From the NCBI GenBank assembly GCA_002269645.1, contig NIVC01003046.1, positions 59,428-123,427 of the forward strand: a stretch of DNA of 64,000 bases. The letters run 5' to 3'. Below are positions 46,812 through 59,374 of the stretch, in pieces. Origin of the DNA: Macrostomum lignano. Its lineage: Eukaryota. The translations under genes and the position numbers were made by a program. The notes under the pieces are model-generated. The model made no database searches. It was not told the DNA's origin and saw nothing but the letters and a program-made list of their open reading frames with translations. The stretch's first letter is position 1. Every line of letters starts with the position of its first letter.

Positions 46812-49800
46812 CATCTATCTATCTACCTATCTATCTGTCTATCTATCTACCTATCTATCTATCTATCTATCTATCTATCCATCTATCTATCTACCTATCT
46901 ATCTGTCTATCTATCTATCTATCTATCTATCTGTCTGTCTATCTATCTATCTATCTATGCTTTCAGACGGAGCACTGTTTCGAAGTTTGCATCGACAGTC
47001 TGGAGGATCTGCGCCTGCCCGAAGACTGCAGCTACGGCGAAGTTGATTGCTTCATTCAGTACTACTTCCCGGCATTGGACCCTGCCGCCAGACCCGGCTC
47101 CAGTCCCATGCTGTGTCTGAAGCCCTACAGGTCTTCCACTACCATTGCCATACCGCATCCGTCATTTCATGATCTGACCCGGCACCGGCTGCAGCTGCCA
47201 GTTGATGCGCCGTTCCAACGGGAGCTGGTCGCTCTAGCCGGCGCCCAGGGCGGCCTGCCATGCGAACTATGGCTAAGAGCATATAGTCCGAATTTGCGCG
47301 ATCAGTGCATTGCAAGAGCTCTGTTGCCGTTAGGTCGACTGTGCGCTCTGGTTGCTATGAGCGGTGTTAGCAACGGGGCAGGTTCGTTGCCTTCTGCTTC
47401 AACTTCTGCTCATACTGGAGCTCCCGCCTCTACCCAGCGCCTGGCCCTGCCATTAGCCGGAATTGATGAAGCGGGCGCGTGCGGCGCTACCGCCTATTTA
47501 AGCGTGGCTTATCGTTCTACAGGCGTGCGAGTCAGCAGGTCCAGCGAGTCGGCCGGCAGCGGGGTAGACTCTTATCCTCGGGGACAGACCGCAGTGCTGG
47601 GCGTCTCGCTGCTCCGCGCCGCAGGTTTGGAAGCCGCCGCTAAGGCCTGCCAGCGCGCTGAAGCTCCTGCCGGTCTGATGGCCGCCAGTCTGGGGCATGC
47701 TGTCGCTGGCGGGGTCAATGCGTTTGCCAGGTGTGTTAGTTTTTTCTTGTCTCGTATTTTTTAACCTAGAAACCTCTCGAGTTTATAATTGCCCTTTCTG
47801 TCTTTCGAATCACTCAATAGCCTCTAGAATCGCCTTTTTCTAAAATCGCTTTTCTATTGATACTTTTAGAATCGCCTTATACTTGTAGAATTGCCCTTTT
47901 ACTTGTAGAATCGCCTTTCTACTTGTAGAATCGCGTTTATACCCGTAGAATCGCATTTGTACGTGTAGAATCTGATTTCTACCTGTAGAATCGCATTTGT
48001 ACTTGTAGAATCGCATTTCTACCTGTAGAATCGCATTTGTACTTGTAGAATCGCATTTCTACCTGTAGAATCGCATTTCTACCTGTAGAATCGCATTTCT
48101 ACCTGTATAAAAATCGCCATTTTACCCTTAAAATCGCCTGTCTACCTTTGAATTCTAGAATCGCCCTCTCTGCGACCTCTATCCACAGCTAATTACAGAC
48201 AGCCACAGATGCTATATAACTATATAGTATTATATAGTATCTGTGCAGACAGCCTATGTTCTAGCAATCCAAAATGGTTCCACATTCCAACACTGCCCCC
48301 TCCCGTACCCGCAGATACTGGCTCAGCTTCGACCCGAGCGGCCAACGCCTCACCCGGTGCGTAGCCCGCAGCCATTGTCCAGACTTTCAGCAGCACTCCG
48401 ACTACGCTATGCCGCTTCACTGGCCCGGCGGCATCTCTCTAGCCGAACTAATCGAAGAAGGCGGCCTAGAGATTGAATTGTGGCATCAGGTGCCAACGCC
48501 GGCTAGGCATCTCACTGTTGGCACCGGTCCCGAGCCCTTGGTGACGGCGCCAGGTCAACCGGTGCCAATTAATGGCGGCGCCGGCGCCTCTTGTCCTGAG
48601 ATTCTGCTAGGCCGGCTCCGCCTGCCGCTTGGCCCGCTGTTAACCTGCAAGTCCGGCCTGCGCGGCTGGTATCCGCTTCTAGCTCCGGCAAAGACTACTA
48701 ACGCTTCGGCTGCTACAACAGAAACGGTTGACGCAGAAGATTTGTCAACTACTGCTCAGTTTGTTGGCGCCGTCGAATTGGAGATTCGATTCGGATCGGC
48801 CGAGGATCGAGCCAGAGTGTTGGAGAGCGGCCGCGAGCTGGGATTTGCGCCTCAAGATTTGGAGGATCTCGAGGAACGATGGGAATCGATTGAGGCGCCC
48901 GAGTTCCGTAGGATTTGTGTGCAGGTTAGTGAGGCTGGTTGTTGATGAAGAACAGTTGTTTTGGCTGCTACGGAACTAAGTCTGATGTTGATCAAGTGTA
49001 GTTAGTTGCTAGGGCCTGAGGCTGATGGGGCATCAAGTGTAGCTAGTTGCTAGGGTGCTGAGGCTGATGGGGCATCAAGTATAGTTGGTTGCTAGGGAGC
49101 TGAGGCTGATGGGATTAAGTGTAGCTGGTTGCTATGGAGGCTGATGAGGATCTGGACATTTGGTTGCTAAGGGAGTGGGTCTAATAAGGATCAAGAGTAT
49201 TAGTTGCTAAGGTACTGATCTGATGTGCATGATTGAGTTTTGGGTGCACTCGCCTGTACACTCGGCGGTCAGTCCAATCGCCAAAGTATTGCGTGCCGCC
49301 GCACGACGAGCACGGCAGCTTGTCAGTCAGCTTCAATTATAAACGCGTGTTTGCGTTTCGCACTTCCCTAGCATTGCTACAGTATCTGCGCGAGGAACGA
49401 TTAGAAATTCAGTTGTGGATTAGTTACAGCTCGTCTAGCGGTGAGGGGCACAACGATGTGGGAGCCGGCGCCTCGGCTCGCGACCTGCTAATTGGCACCT
49501 GCTGGATGCCGCTGCGCGATTTGGCCGTTCGTCGGCGTTCGCCGGCTCGCGTAGCCGGCCGCTACGCTCTGGTGAAGCCGGGCGTTCGCTGCTTCGACGG
49601 CGCCTGTCTTCGATTGAAAGCGACGCTGACTGACTCGGACGAGCCGCCGTCGGAGCCGGAGGATTCCGTTGACGAGGAGGAGGCTGTTGCTGCCGCTGTT
49701 GCTGATTCAGGCGTTGACGATAGCGAAAATGTCGGCGGCGGCGTCGGCAGTCAGCGGCGTCAGCGACATCAGCAGGTGACTCGGCGGCAGCGCCTGGCGC

Positions 49801-52800
49801 ATCAGCACACGGTGCCGCTCCGGGTGGCCATCGAGGAGGCCAAGCGGCTTTGCCCGGTGCCAGACGCCGCCACTGGAGAGGAGCGACTGCCGCCCAGCGC
49901 ATACGTTACTGTGAGACTCCTTGGATTGTTCTCTCAAACTTTAGAATCTTCCTTCCGTCCTTTAAGGATCTCCCTCGAACTTGCCGAGAATCTCTCTCAA
50001 ACTTTAGAATCTTCCTTCTGTCCTTTAAGAATCTCTCTCGAACTTGCCGAGAATCTCTCTCGAACTTGCCGAGAATCTCTCTCGAACTTGCCGAGAATCT
50101 CCCGAACTCGCCGAGAATCTCCCTCAGACTTCCTGAGGATCTCTTTGAACTTATATTCTCCTTCGACCTTTTAAATTACAACCAGGAGTCTTGAGCGCAG
50201 AAGATTCTACTAGGCTTTTCTCAATCGCTCAAAAGACTGCGTAAAAGAACAGAGAGAAATTCTAATTTTTTTTCAGGTACAACCTGCCGACCGATCTAAG
50301 CCGCTAGCCACTGATGTGAAGGCGGCAACTAACAATCCAGCTTGGGGTTTTGTTGCCGAGGCCCGTTTCGACAAAAGCCTGTTCGCTTATCCCGATAGAG
50401 GCTATCTGCTGACATTCAAGGTAACATTAATTAGGATTACTAATTTGTACTACTAACTGTTGAATTTTAGTTAGTAACTACCGAAAGTGCGGGATTTTAG
50501 TTTAGTTTTGTCACTACCGAAAGTGTGAGATTTTAGTTTAGTTTAGTAGCTACCGGGAGTGTGGGATTTTAGTTTAGTTTAGTAGCTACCGGGAGTGTGG
50601 GATTTTATTTTAGTTTAGTAGCTACCGGGAGTGTGGGATTTTAGTTTAGTTTAGTAGCTACCGGGAGTGTGGGATTTTATTTTAGTTTAGTAGCTACCGG
50701 GAGTGTGGGATTTTCGTTTAGTTTAGTAGCTACCGGGAGTGTGGGATTTTATTTTAGTTTAGTAACTACCGGGAGTGTGGGATTTTAGTTTAGTTTAGTA
50801 GCTACCGGAAGTGTGGGATTTTAGTTTAGTTTAGTAGCTATCGGGAGTGTGGGATTTTATTTTAGTTTAGTAACTACCGGGAGTGTGGGATTTTAGTTTA
50901 GTTTAGTAACTACCGGAAGTGTGGGATTTTAGTTTAGTTTAGTAGCTACCGGGAGTGTGGGATTTTATTTTAGTTTAGTAACTACCGGGAGTGTGGGATT
51001 TTAGTTAAGTTTAGTAACTACCGGAAGTGTGGGATTTTAGTTTAGTTTAGTAGCTACCGGGAGTGTGGGATTTTAGTTTAGTTTAGTAGCTACCGGGAGT
51101 GTGGGATTTTATTTTAGTTTAGTAGCTACCGGGAGTGTGGGATTTTCGTTTAGTTTAGTAGCTACCGGGAGTGTGGGATTTTATTTTAGTTTAGTAACTA
51201 CCGGGAGTGTGGGATTTTAGTTTAGTTTAGTAGCTACCGGAAGTGTGGGATTTTAGTTTAGTTTAGTAGCTATCGGGAGTGTGGGATTTTATTTTAGTTT
51301 AGTAACTACCGGGAGTGTGGGATTTTAGTTTAGTTTAGTAACTACCGGAAGTGTGGGATTTTAGTTTAGTTTAGTAGCTACCGGGAGTGTGGGATTTTAT
51401 TTTAGTTTAGTAACTACCGGGAGTGTGGGATTTTAGTTAAGTTTAGTAACTACCGGAAGTGTGGGATTTTAGTTTAGTTTAGTAGCTACCGGGAGTGTGG
51501 GATTTTAGTTTAGTTTAGTAGCTACCGGGAGTGTGGGATTTTATTTTAGTTTAGTAGCTACCGGGAGTGTGGGATTTTATTTTAGTTTAGTAGCTACCGG
51601 GAGTGTGGGATTTTATTTTAGTTTAGTAACTACCGGGAGTGTGGGATTTTAGTTTAGTTTTGTCACTACCGAAAGTGTGAGATTTTAGTTTAGTTTAGTA
51701 GCTACCGGGAGTGTGGGATTTTAGTTTAGTTTAGTAGCTACCGGGAGTGTGGGATTTTATTTTAGTTTAGTAGCTACCGGGAGTGTGGGATTTTATTTTA
51801 GTTTAGTAGCTACCGGGAGTGTGGGATTTTATTTTAGTTTAGTAACTACCGGGAGTGTGGGATTTTAGTTTAGTTTTGTCACTACCGAAAGTGTGAGATT
51901 TTAGTTTAGTTTAGTAGCTACCGGGAGTGTGGGATTTTAGTTTAGTTTAGTAGCTACCGGGAGTGTGGGATTTTAGTTTAGTTTAGTAGCTACCGGGAGT
52001 GTGGGATTTTATTTTAGTTTAGTAGCTACCGGGAGTGTGGGATTTTAGTTTAGTTTAGTAGCTACCGGGAGTGTGGGATTTTAGTTTAGTTTAGTAACTA
52101 CCGGGAGTGTGGGATTTTCGTTTAGTTTAGTAGCTACCGGAAGTGTGGGATTTTAGTTTAGTTTAGTAGCTACCGGGAGTGTGGGATTTTATTTTAGTTT
52201 AGTAACTACCGGGAGTGTGGGATTTTAGTTTAGTTTTGTCACTACCGAAAGTGTGAGATTTTAGTTTAGTTTAGTAGCTACCGGGAGTGTGGGATTTTAT
52301 TTTAGTTTAGTAGCTACCGGGAGTGTGGGATTTTATTTTAGTTTAGTAACTACCGGGAGTGTGGGATTTTAGTTTAGTTTTGTCACTACCGAAAGTGTGA
52401 GATTTTAGTTTAGTTTAGTAGCTACCGGGAGTGTGGGATTTTAGTTTAGTTTAGTAGCTACCGGGAGTGTGGGATTTTAGTTTAGTTTAGTAGCTACCGG
52501 GAGTGTGGGATTTTATTTTAGTTTAGTAGCTACCGGGAGTGTGGGATTTTAGTTTAGTTTAGTAGCTACCGGGAGTGTGGGATTTTAGTTTAGTTTAGTA
52601 ACTACCGGGAGTGTGGGATTTTCGTTTAGTTTAGTAGCTACCGGAAGTGTGGGATTTTAGTTTAGTTTAGTAGCTACCGGGAGTGTGGGATTTTATTTTA
52701 GTTTAGTAACTACCGGGAGTGTGGGATTTTAGTTTAGTTTAGTAACTACCGGAAGTGTGGGATTTTAGTTTAGTTTAGTAGCTACCGGGAGTGTGGGATT

Positions 52801-55800
52801 TTATTTTAGTTTAGTAACTACCGGGAGTGTGGGATTTTAGTTTAGTTTAGTAACTACCGGAAGTGTGGGATTTTAGTTTAGTTTAGTAGCTACCGGAGTG
52901 TGGGATTTTAGTTTAGTTTAGTAGCTACCGGGAGTGTGGGATTTTAGTTTAGTTTAGTAGCTACCGGGAGTGTGGGATTTTAGTTTAGTTTAGTAGCTAC
53001 CGGGAGTGTGGGATTTTAGTTTAGTTTAGTAGCTACCGGGAGTGTGGGATTTTAGTTTAGTTTAGTAGCTACCGGGAGTGTGGGATTTTAGTTTAAGTTT
53101 AGTAGAGTGTAAGACTGGGATTTAATTCCAGCTTGCTATACACTCTTTTTCCTGTCCAGGTGTGGCACAGCTACGGAGACGCGGTCGAGAACGATCGCTT
53201 GATTGGCACAGCCTCAGTAGACCTGTCGCCGTTGCTATTCGGTTTCAAGCAGGTGTTAGGCTGGTACGATGTGCAGGATTACCGGGAGCGCTGCCGCGGG
53301 CATCTGTACATTGGCATTACACCTCTGGAGCCGCTGACTGGCTTGGCTAAACAATCGACAGCGCCGATATTGGCTTCTACCGCGTCGACTGGTTCGTTTA
53401 ACGACGTCGGTCGGCGTCACGCGACAACAGCGCCGATAGGTTCGGCTATCGTTATTGACGACGGAGCAGCGGCAGCGGCTGACGGAGGAACGTCGCGTTC
53501 GATGCTACATCGTAGCCTGCAGCACCAGATGGCCGAGTTGGACAATCTCACTACTAGACTGCGGCGTCGGCTGTTGAATCCGAACGCTGACAACGGCGAC
53601 GATGATAGCCATGTTGATGATAGCGGCGGCGCTAGCGTCGGTTCTAACAACTCTGCGCCGCTGGTCAGGTCGCCGCCTTTGCCTGCTGCTCCGCCGCCTC
53701 CGGCTGCTCGAGTTCAGGCGAGCGTCACTAACAGCGGCGGAGATGGCGGCAACAGTAGCAGCAATCCGTACGGACTGGATTTCGATATCCGTTCGGTAAG
53801 TTTTATTACTTTGTGGAAAGTAGTTGTGTGGAGGTATAAAGCAAAGACTACTCCAGTAGGACGGAAAACCTTGTTTCTTGGAAAGTTTTACGAGCTAGGT
53901 TTTCGAAACGAAAAGCTTTATGAATATCGATAGAGCTATAAGAAAGGCACAACATATCAAAGGATAAACATTGGGTCTGCTTCCTATCGAAAGTAATAAT
54001 AATTTTTGTGCTGAAAAAATGAAAACTTTCAATCTTCGCAGTGTATTTTTTTCGAGAAAACCAGCTTGCTACAATTTTTCAAGAAATGAGGTTTCCCATC
54101 CCTCTACTTAAGTAGTCCTTGGTATAAAGTTGATTGATTAATGTAGCTGTACATCCTACTACAACTACTATAACTACTACTACTACTACTGCTACTGCTA
54201 CTACTACTACTACTACTGCTACTGCTACTACTACTACTACTACTGCTACTGCTACTACTACTACTACTACTACTAATAACAGTATATCTATACTTTCCAG
54301 GTGCTGGATCAGGCCAGGAAGCTATTAGAATCGCCAGAACAAGAAGTTACTGAAGCAACATCTAGCGGCGGTTTCGCCAGTCAGCAACAGCAGCAGCAGA
54401 ATCAGCAGCGAGCCGGCAGAGATCAAAGCCATCGTTCTACAGTAGAGAAATCTGCCAGCTCTACTGGCAAAGATTTGTCAGGCGCCGCCTACGACTACGA
54501 CTACGATTTTGACGACGACGAAGATGGCGAAGGCGAAGGCTTGGTGCCGGTGAAGCCGTTGAACGACATCTCCGGTATGCTGGCGGCGATGCAACCGCAC
54601 GTTGGCAAGAGTCCAACTGCCGAGGAAGAGGAACGGGAAGGTTCGCCGGTAGATCGGGATCGCGATGATGATGCTGAGAATGATGATGAAGACGACGAAG
54701 GAGGTCGAACTCCGGTGAACTCGAAAACAACAGACGATGGCGAGGACGAAGAAGTGAGCGAGATTATTGATGAATTGCCGCCAGCTGAGAACAACGAAGC
54801 TGAGTATGACGATGACCAGCGAACTGATTCGATTGTCCGCGCCAACGAGACCCCTTCTCAGTTGGATGAGAATGAGTCTGAAGCTGAGGATGATGATGAA
54901 GACGCAGTTTCGGCATCGCCTCCGCCAGTGGCCAGCGTGCCGCAGTCGGCTAGAAGCGAGAATCTGGCCGCCAGGCGGGCAGTGGACATCCGTCTGGGCC
55001 AGCAGACTGTTGATCTGGAGGCCGGTGAGCCGCCTCTGTCTAATAGCGCCGACTGCCTATTGCCGAGCTTCTTCGGACCGCCTAGCGATCTGCTGTCTAG
55101 ACTGCGCCACTCCAGGATGGTCGCCGAGAATGCCGGGTGAGCTTGGGCCCCTGTCACAGATAGAGTCAGTGCTGTCTTGGCCACTGTCACATATAGAGTC
55201 AGTGCTGTCTTTGTCACTGTCACAGATAGAGTCAGTGCTGTCTTTGTCACTGTCACAGATAGAGTCATTGCTGTCTTGGCCACTGTCACATATAGAGTCA
55301 GTGCTGTCTTGGTCACTGTCACAGATAGAGTCAGTGCTGTCTTGGTCACTGTCACAGATAGAGTCATTGCTGTCTTGGCCACTGTCACATATAGAGTCAG
55401 TGCTGTGTTGGTCACTGTCACAGATAGAGTCAGTGCTGTCTTGGCCACTGTCACATATAGAGTCAGTGCTGTCTTGGTCACTGTCACAGATAGAGTCAGT
55501 GCTGTCTTGGTCACTGTCACAGATAGAGTCAGTGCTGTCTTGGTCACTGTCACAGATAGAGTCATTGCTGTCTTGGCCACTGTCACATATAGAGTCAGTG
55601 CTGTCTTGGCCACTGTCACATATAGAGTCAGTGCTGTCTTTGTCACTGTCACAGATAGAGTCAGTGCTGTCTTGGTCGCTATCTTAGTTATTTACCTTAG
55701 TAACGAGCAGCCATTCTCCCAATCATCCCCACTGCAGCACGAGGCAGCTGCCTCCGCAGCCGCAGCCGCCGGTCCAACAGTTGACCCGGCAAAAGTTGCC

Positions 55801-55947
55801 GAAGCCCGTCAGCTGGTGGAACGAGTCGAACAGCGTCGACGAAACCGGCTGTTTCAGGTGGCGGAGGCTGCGGCTGTTGATGATGCGGAACGGGCAGCTT
55901 CCACCAGCCGGTTGGCCAGGGTGTTCAATGCCAAATTCGCTCACTAA
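42022..55947 (+). CDS. C2CD3: C2 domain-containing protein 3 (centriole distal-end/elongation regulator), about 2180 aa; exons 42006/42022-43683, 45645-46589, 46967-47730, 48315-48924, about 49237-49910, 50277-50420, 53160-53795, 54301-55136, 55701-55947
   Basis: Near-diagnostic matches to vertebrate C2CD3 as I recall it: [25 protein letters not shown]...[24 protein letters not shown]...[17 protein letters not shown]...[41 protein letters not shown]|VWH...[23 protein letters not shown] and C-terminal RLARVF. GT-AG junctions are phase-compatible except exon 4 to 5. Confidence 0.95.
43701..45595. repeat. (TGAC)n microsatellite, about 1.9 kb, with TCAC variants, in C2CD3 intron 1
   Basis: Read directly. 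Contains an exact internal duplication with a 650-bp offset. Confidence 0.98.
46625..46958. repeat. (CTAT)n microsatellite filling C2CD3 intron 2
   Basis: Read directly; runs to within about 8 nt of the acceptor. Confidence 0.97.
47880..48110. repeat. 20-bp minisatellite (ACCTGTAGAATCGCATTTCT) in C2CD3 intron 3
   Basis: Direct periodicity. Confidence 0.9.
50470..53100. repeat. 36-bp minisatellite, about 72 copies (TTTTAGTTTAGTTTAGTAGCTACCGGGAGTGTGGGA), in C2CD3 intron 6
   Basis: 36-bp period confirmed at 52921 and 52957. Recurring variant units give higher-order structure. Confidence 0.97.
54160..54278. repeat. (CTA/CTG)n trinucleotide repeat in C2CD3 intron 7
   Basis: Read directly. Confidence 0.93.
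55150..55678. repeat. 33-bp minisatellite, about 16 copies (CTGTCACAGATAGAGTCAGTGCTGTCTTGGTCA), filling C2CD3 intron 8
   Basis: Direct periodicity. Confidence 0.95.
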
Positions 55948-56634
55948 TGATGAAAATGGTTCATGCTGTAATCGTTTATTGAATTATGTATCACCGTTCT
56001 GTGCAGATGTTTTAAACCATATATTTATTGCTGTTAGAGATTTTTCCGTCCTTTATTATAAATCATTTCATTCACTGTACCCGTATCACTGTCGTTTTGT
56101 TTAATGATTCTTGTAAAATATTGTTTTACAAGTAAGCACATATAGCTTAGTAGTGTTTATAATCATATAGGGTAATAATGTATGTCCTGGTGGCAACAAA
56201 TGTACATGCGGAATTATTGCTCATTGTTTTATATTGACTTATGTCTGACTCAACATTCGATAAATATAAAAAATGATAACAATTTTTTTCCACTTTGCGC
56301 TCTTCCGCACTCGCGTGTTTCTACTTACAGTAAGTAGTGTGTATAGAGTAATGAAACCTTTCTCTACTGTATTTTTGTAGCTCTACGCTATTTTTTCTAA
56401 TTATCTTTGCCAAGCAGGTCTGCATTAAATTCTCTTTTTTCTTATCTTATTTTATAGCTTATATAAGCTTAGTTAACAGGCATATAAAATTTTCTTTTTA
56501 CTGTATTTACTTAACGAGAGCCCTGTGTAGTCGGCTGGAACCGCACTACTGTTGAGTTTGTCAACTTGTGTACAACTGTTTTTTTGTGACAAGAAGCAGT
56601 ATTTGGCCAATCCGACCACACGTTGTTCACTCTG

Positions 56635-57700
56635 ACCCCATCTCACCAGATCCCTCCTGACTCATTCCTATCTGACCAGATCCCATCTGACTCATTCCTA
56701 TCTGATCAGATCCCTCCTGACTCATTCCTATCTGACCAGATCCCATCTGACTCATTCCTATCTGATCAGATCCCTCCTGACTCATTCCTATCTGACCTGA
56801 TCCCTCCTGACTCATTCCTATCTGACCTGATCCCTCCTGACTCATTCCTATCTGACCTGATCCCTCCTGACTCATTCCTATCTGACCAGATCCCACCTGA
56901 CTGATTCCTATCTGTCCAGATCCCTCCTGACTCATTCCTATCTGACTTGATCCCTCCTGACTCATTCCTATCTGACCAGATCCCTCCTGACTCATTCCTA
57001 TCTGACTTGATCCCTCCTGACTCATTCCTATCTGACCAGATCCCACCTGACTGATTCCTATCTGTCCAGATCCCTCCTGACTCATTCCTATCTGACTTGA
57101 TCCCTCCTGACTCATTCCTATCTGACCAGATCCCACTTGACTGATTCCAATCTGTCCAGATCCCTCCTGACTCATTCCTATCTGACTTGATCCCACCTGA
57201 CTGATTCCTATCTGTCCAGATCCCTCCTGACTCATTCCTATCTGACTTGATCCCTCCTGACTCATTCCTATCTGACCAGATCCCATCTCCTATCTGACCA
57301 GATCCCACCTGACTGATTCCTATCTGACCAGATCCCTCCTGACTCATTCCTATCTGACCAGATCCCATCTGACTCATTCCTATCTGAACAGATCCCATCT
57401 GACTCATTCCTATCTGATCAGATCCCTCCTGACTCATTCCTATCTGACCAGATCCCATCTGACTCAATTCTATGTGACCAGATCCCTTCTGACTTATTTC
57501 TTTCTGATCAGATCCCACATGACTCATTCCTGACTAATCTCTCTTGACTCGTTCCTATCTGACCAGATCCCTCCTGACTCATTCCTATCTGACCAGATCC
57601 CATCTAACTCATTCCTATATGACCAAATCCCTCCTGACTCATTCCTGTCTTACTAGATCCTTCTTGACCCATTCCCATCTGATCAGATCCCATTTGACCT
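56635..57700. repeat. 30-bp minisatellite, about 35 copies (TCTGACCAGATCCCTCCTGACTCATTCCTA)
   Basis: Direct periodicity; intergenic. Confidence 0.95.
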
Positions 57701-58104
57701 ACTCGTACTACCCCAGGTACATGATGCCATTGTTCTGTGCTATTTTTATGAATATCTGAAACGGTACATCAGTAAGTTACGAGTATACCATATTCTGCTT
57801 TAGCATAACTAGAAATGCCCGTCCAACGCACAGGATGCTTAGTGGAGCTGCGCATTCTTAAAAATCTCCTTATTTATTATTTTTCCATTTTTCTGATTTT
57901 ATAATTTTTCTGTCCATGTCAAGTGTAATAGCAAGTAAAACATTAATAAGGAGCTGGCTGCCGCGGGCTGTGTGGTCCTGTCACTGGGCACACAAATTGA
58001 CTAATTTTTTTTTTCTGTTGCTTGCTGCCCTCGGTTAATCTTTTAGGATTTTTATAATTTAAAATCAAATCAGAGAAAATCTGTCTGTGTTTTATTGTCT
58101 TTGT

Positions 58105-59140
58105 TCACTCGGACAGGCTGTTCCCCATCTTAATTCCCCTGTGATGAGTATCCCTACTCGGACAGGCTGTTCCCCATCTTAATTCCCCTGTGATAAGTAT
58201 CCCTACTCGGACAGGCTGTTACCCACCTTAATTCCCCTGTGATGAGTATCCCTACCCGGACAGGCTGTTCCCCATCTTAATTCCCCTGTGATGAGTATCC
58301 CTACTCGGACAGGCTGTTCCCCATCTTAATTCCCCTGTGATGAGTATCCCTACTCGGACAGGCTGTTCCCCATCTTAATTCCCCTGTGATGAGTATCCCT
58401 ACTCGGACAGGCTGTTCCCCATCTTAATTCCCCTGTGATGAGTATCCCTACTCGGACAGGCTGTTCCCCATCTTAATTCCCCTGTGATGAGTATCCCTAC
58501 TCGGACAGGCTGTTCCCCATCTTAATTCCCCTGTGATGAGAGTATTCCTACTCGGACAGGCTGTTCCCCACCTTAATTCCCCTGTGATGTGAGTATCCCT
58601 ACTCGGACAGGCTGTTCCCCACCTTAATTCCCCTGTGATGAGAGTATTCCTACTCGGACAGGCTGTTCCCCATCTTAATTCCCCTGTGATGAGAGTATTC
58701 CTACTCGGACAGGCTGTTCCCCACCTTAATTCCCCTGTGATGTGAGTATCCCTACCCGGACAGGCTGTTACCCACCTTAATTTCCCTGTGATGTGAGTAT
58801 CCCTACCCGGACAGGCTGTTACCCATCTTAATTCCCCTGTGATGAGAGTATTCCTACTCGGACAGGCTGTTCCCCACCTTAATTCCCCTGTGATGTGAGT
58901 ATCCCTACCCGGACAGGCTGTTACCCACCTTAATTTCCCTGTGATGTGAGTATCCCTACCCGGACAGGCTGTTACCCACCTTAATTTCCCTGTGATGTGA
59001 GTATCCCTACTCGGACAGGCTGTTCCCCATCTTAATTCCCCTGTGATGAGAGTATCTCTACTCGGACAGGCTGTTACCCACCTTAATTTCCCTGTGATGT
59101 GAGTATCCCTACTCGAACAGGCTGTTCCCCATCTTAATTC
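58105..59140. repeat. 49-52-bp minisatellite, about 20 copies (CTACTCGGACAGGCTGTTCCCCATCTTAATTCCCCTGTGATGAGTATCC)
   Basis: Direct periodicity; ends about 235 bp upstream of the POT1 ATG. Confidence 0.95.
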
Positions 59141-59374
59141 ATTATTCTTATGGGTATTAGAAATCTATGCTCGTAATTTCTTTATGTTTGTTCTCTAGGA
59201 GTGGTGGGATTTTGGAGATCCCAATTCACAGGGATTTTAAGTATCCATATTTAATTAGGCTCTAAATGCGTCAATAAAATTTGCACATCTGCCCCCCCCC
59301 CTTTTCAGCTGCAAGAATTTGGCAAGCCAACGCAGATAAGCTCGAATTAGTTTTAGTAGATTATATCAAATATA

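Noticed and set aside
58105-59140. CRISPR-like regular repeats (also 20500-21066 and 50470-53100)
   Set aside because: Units are head-to-tail without unique spacers, no cas genes are present, and the context is eukaryotic and intron-rich.
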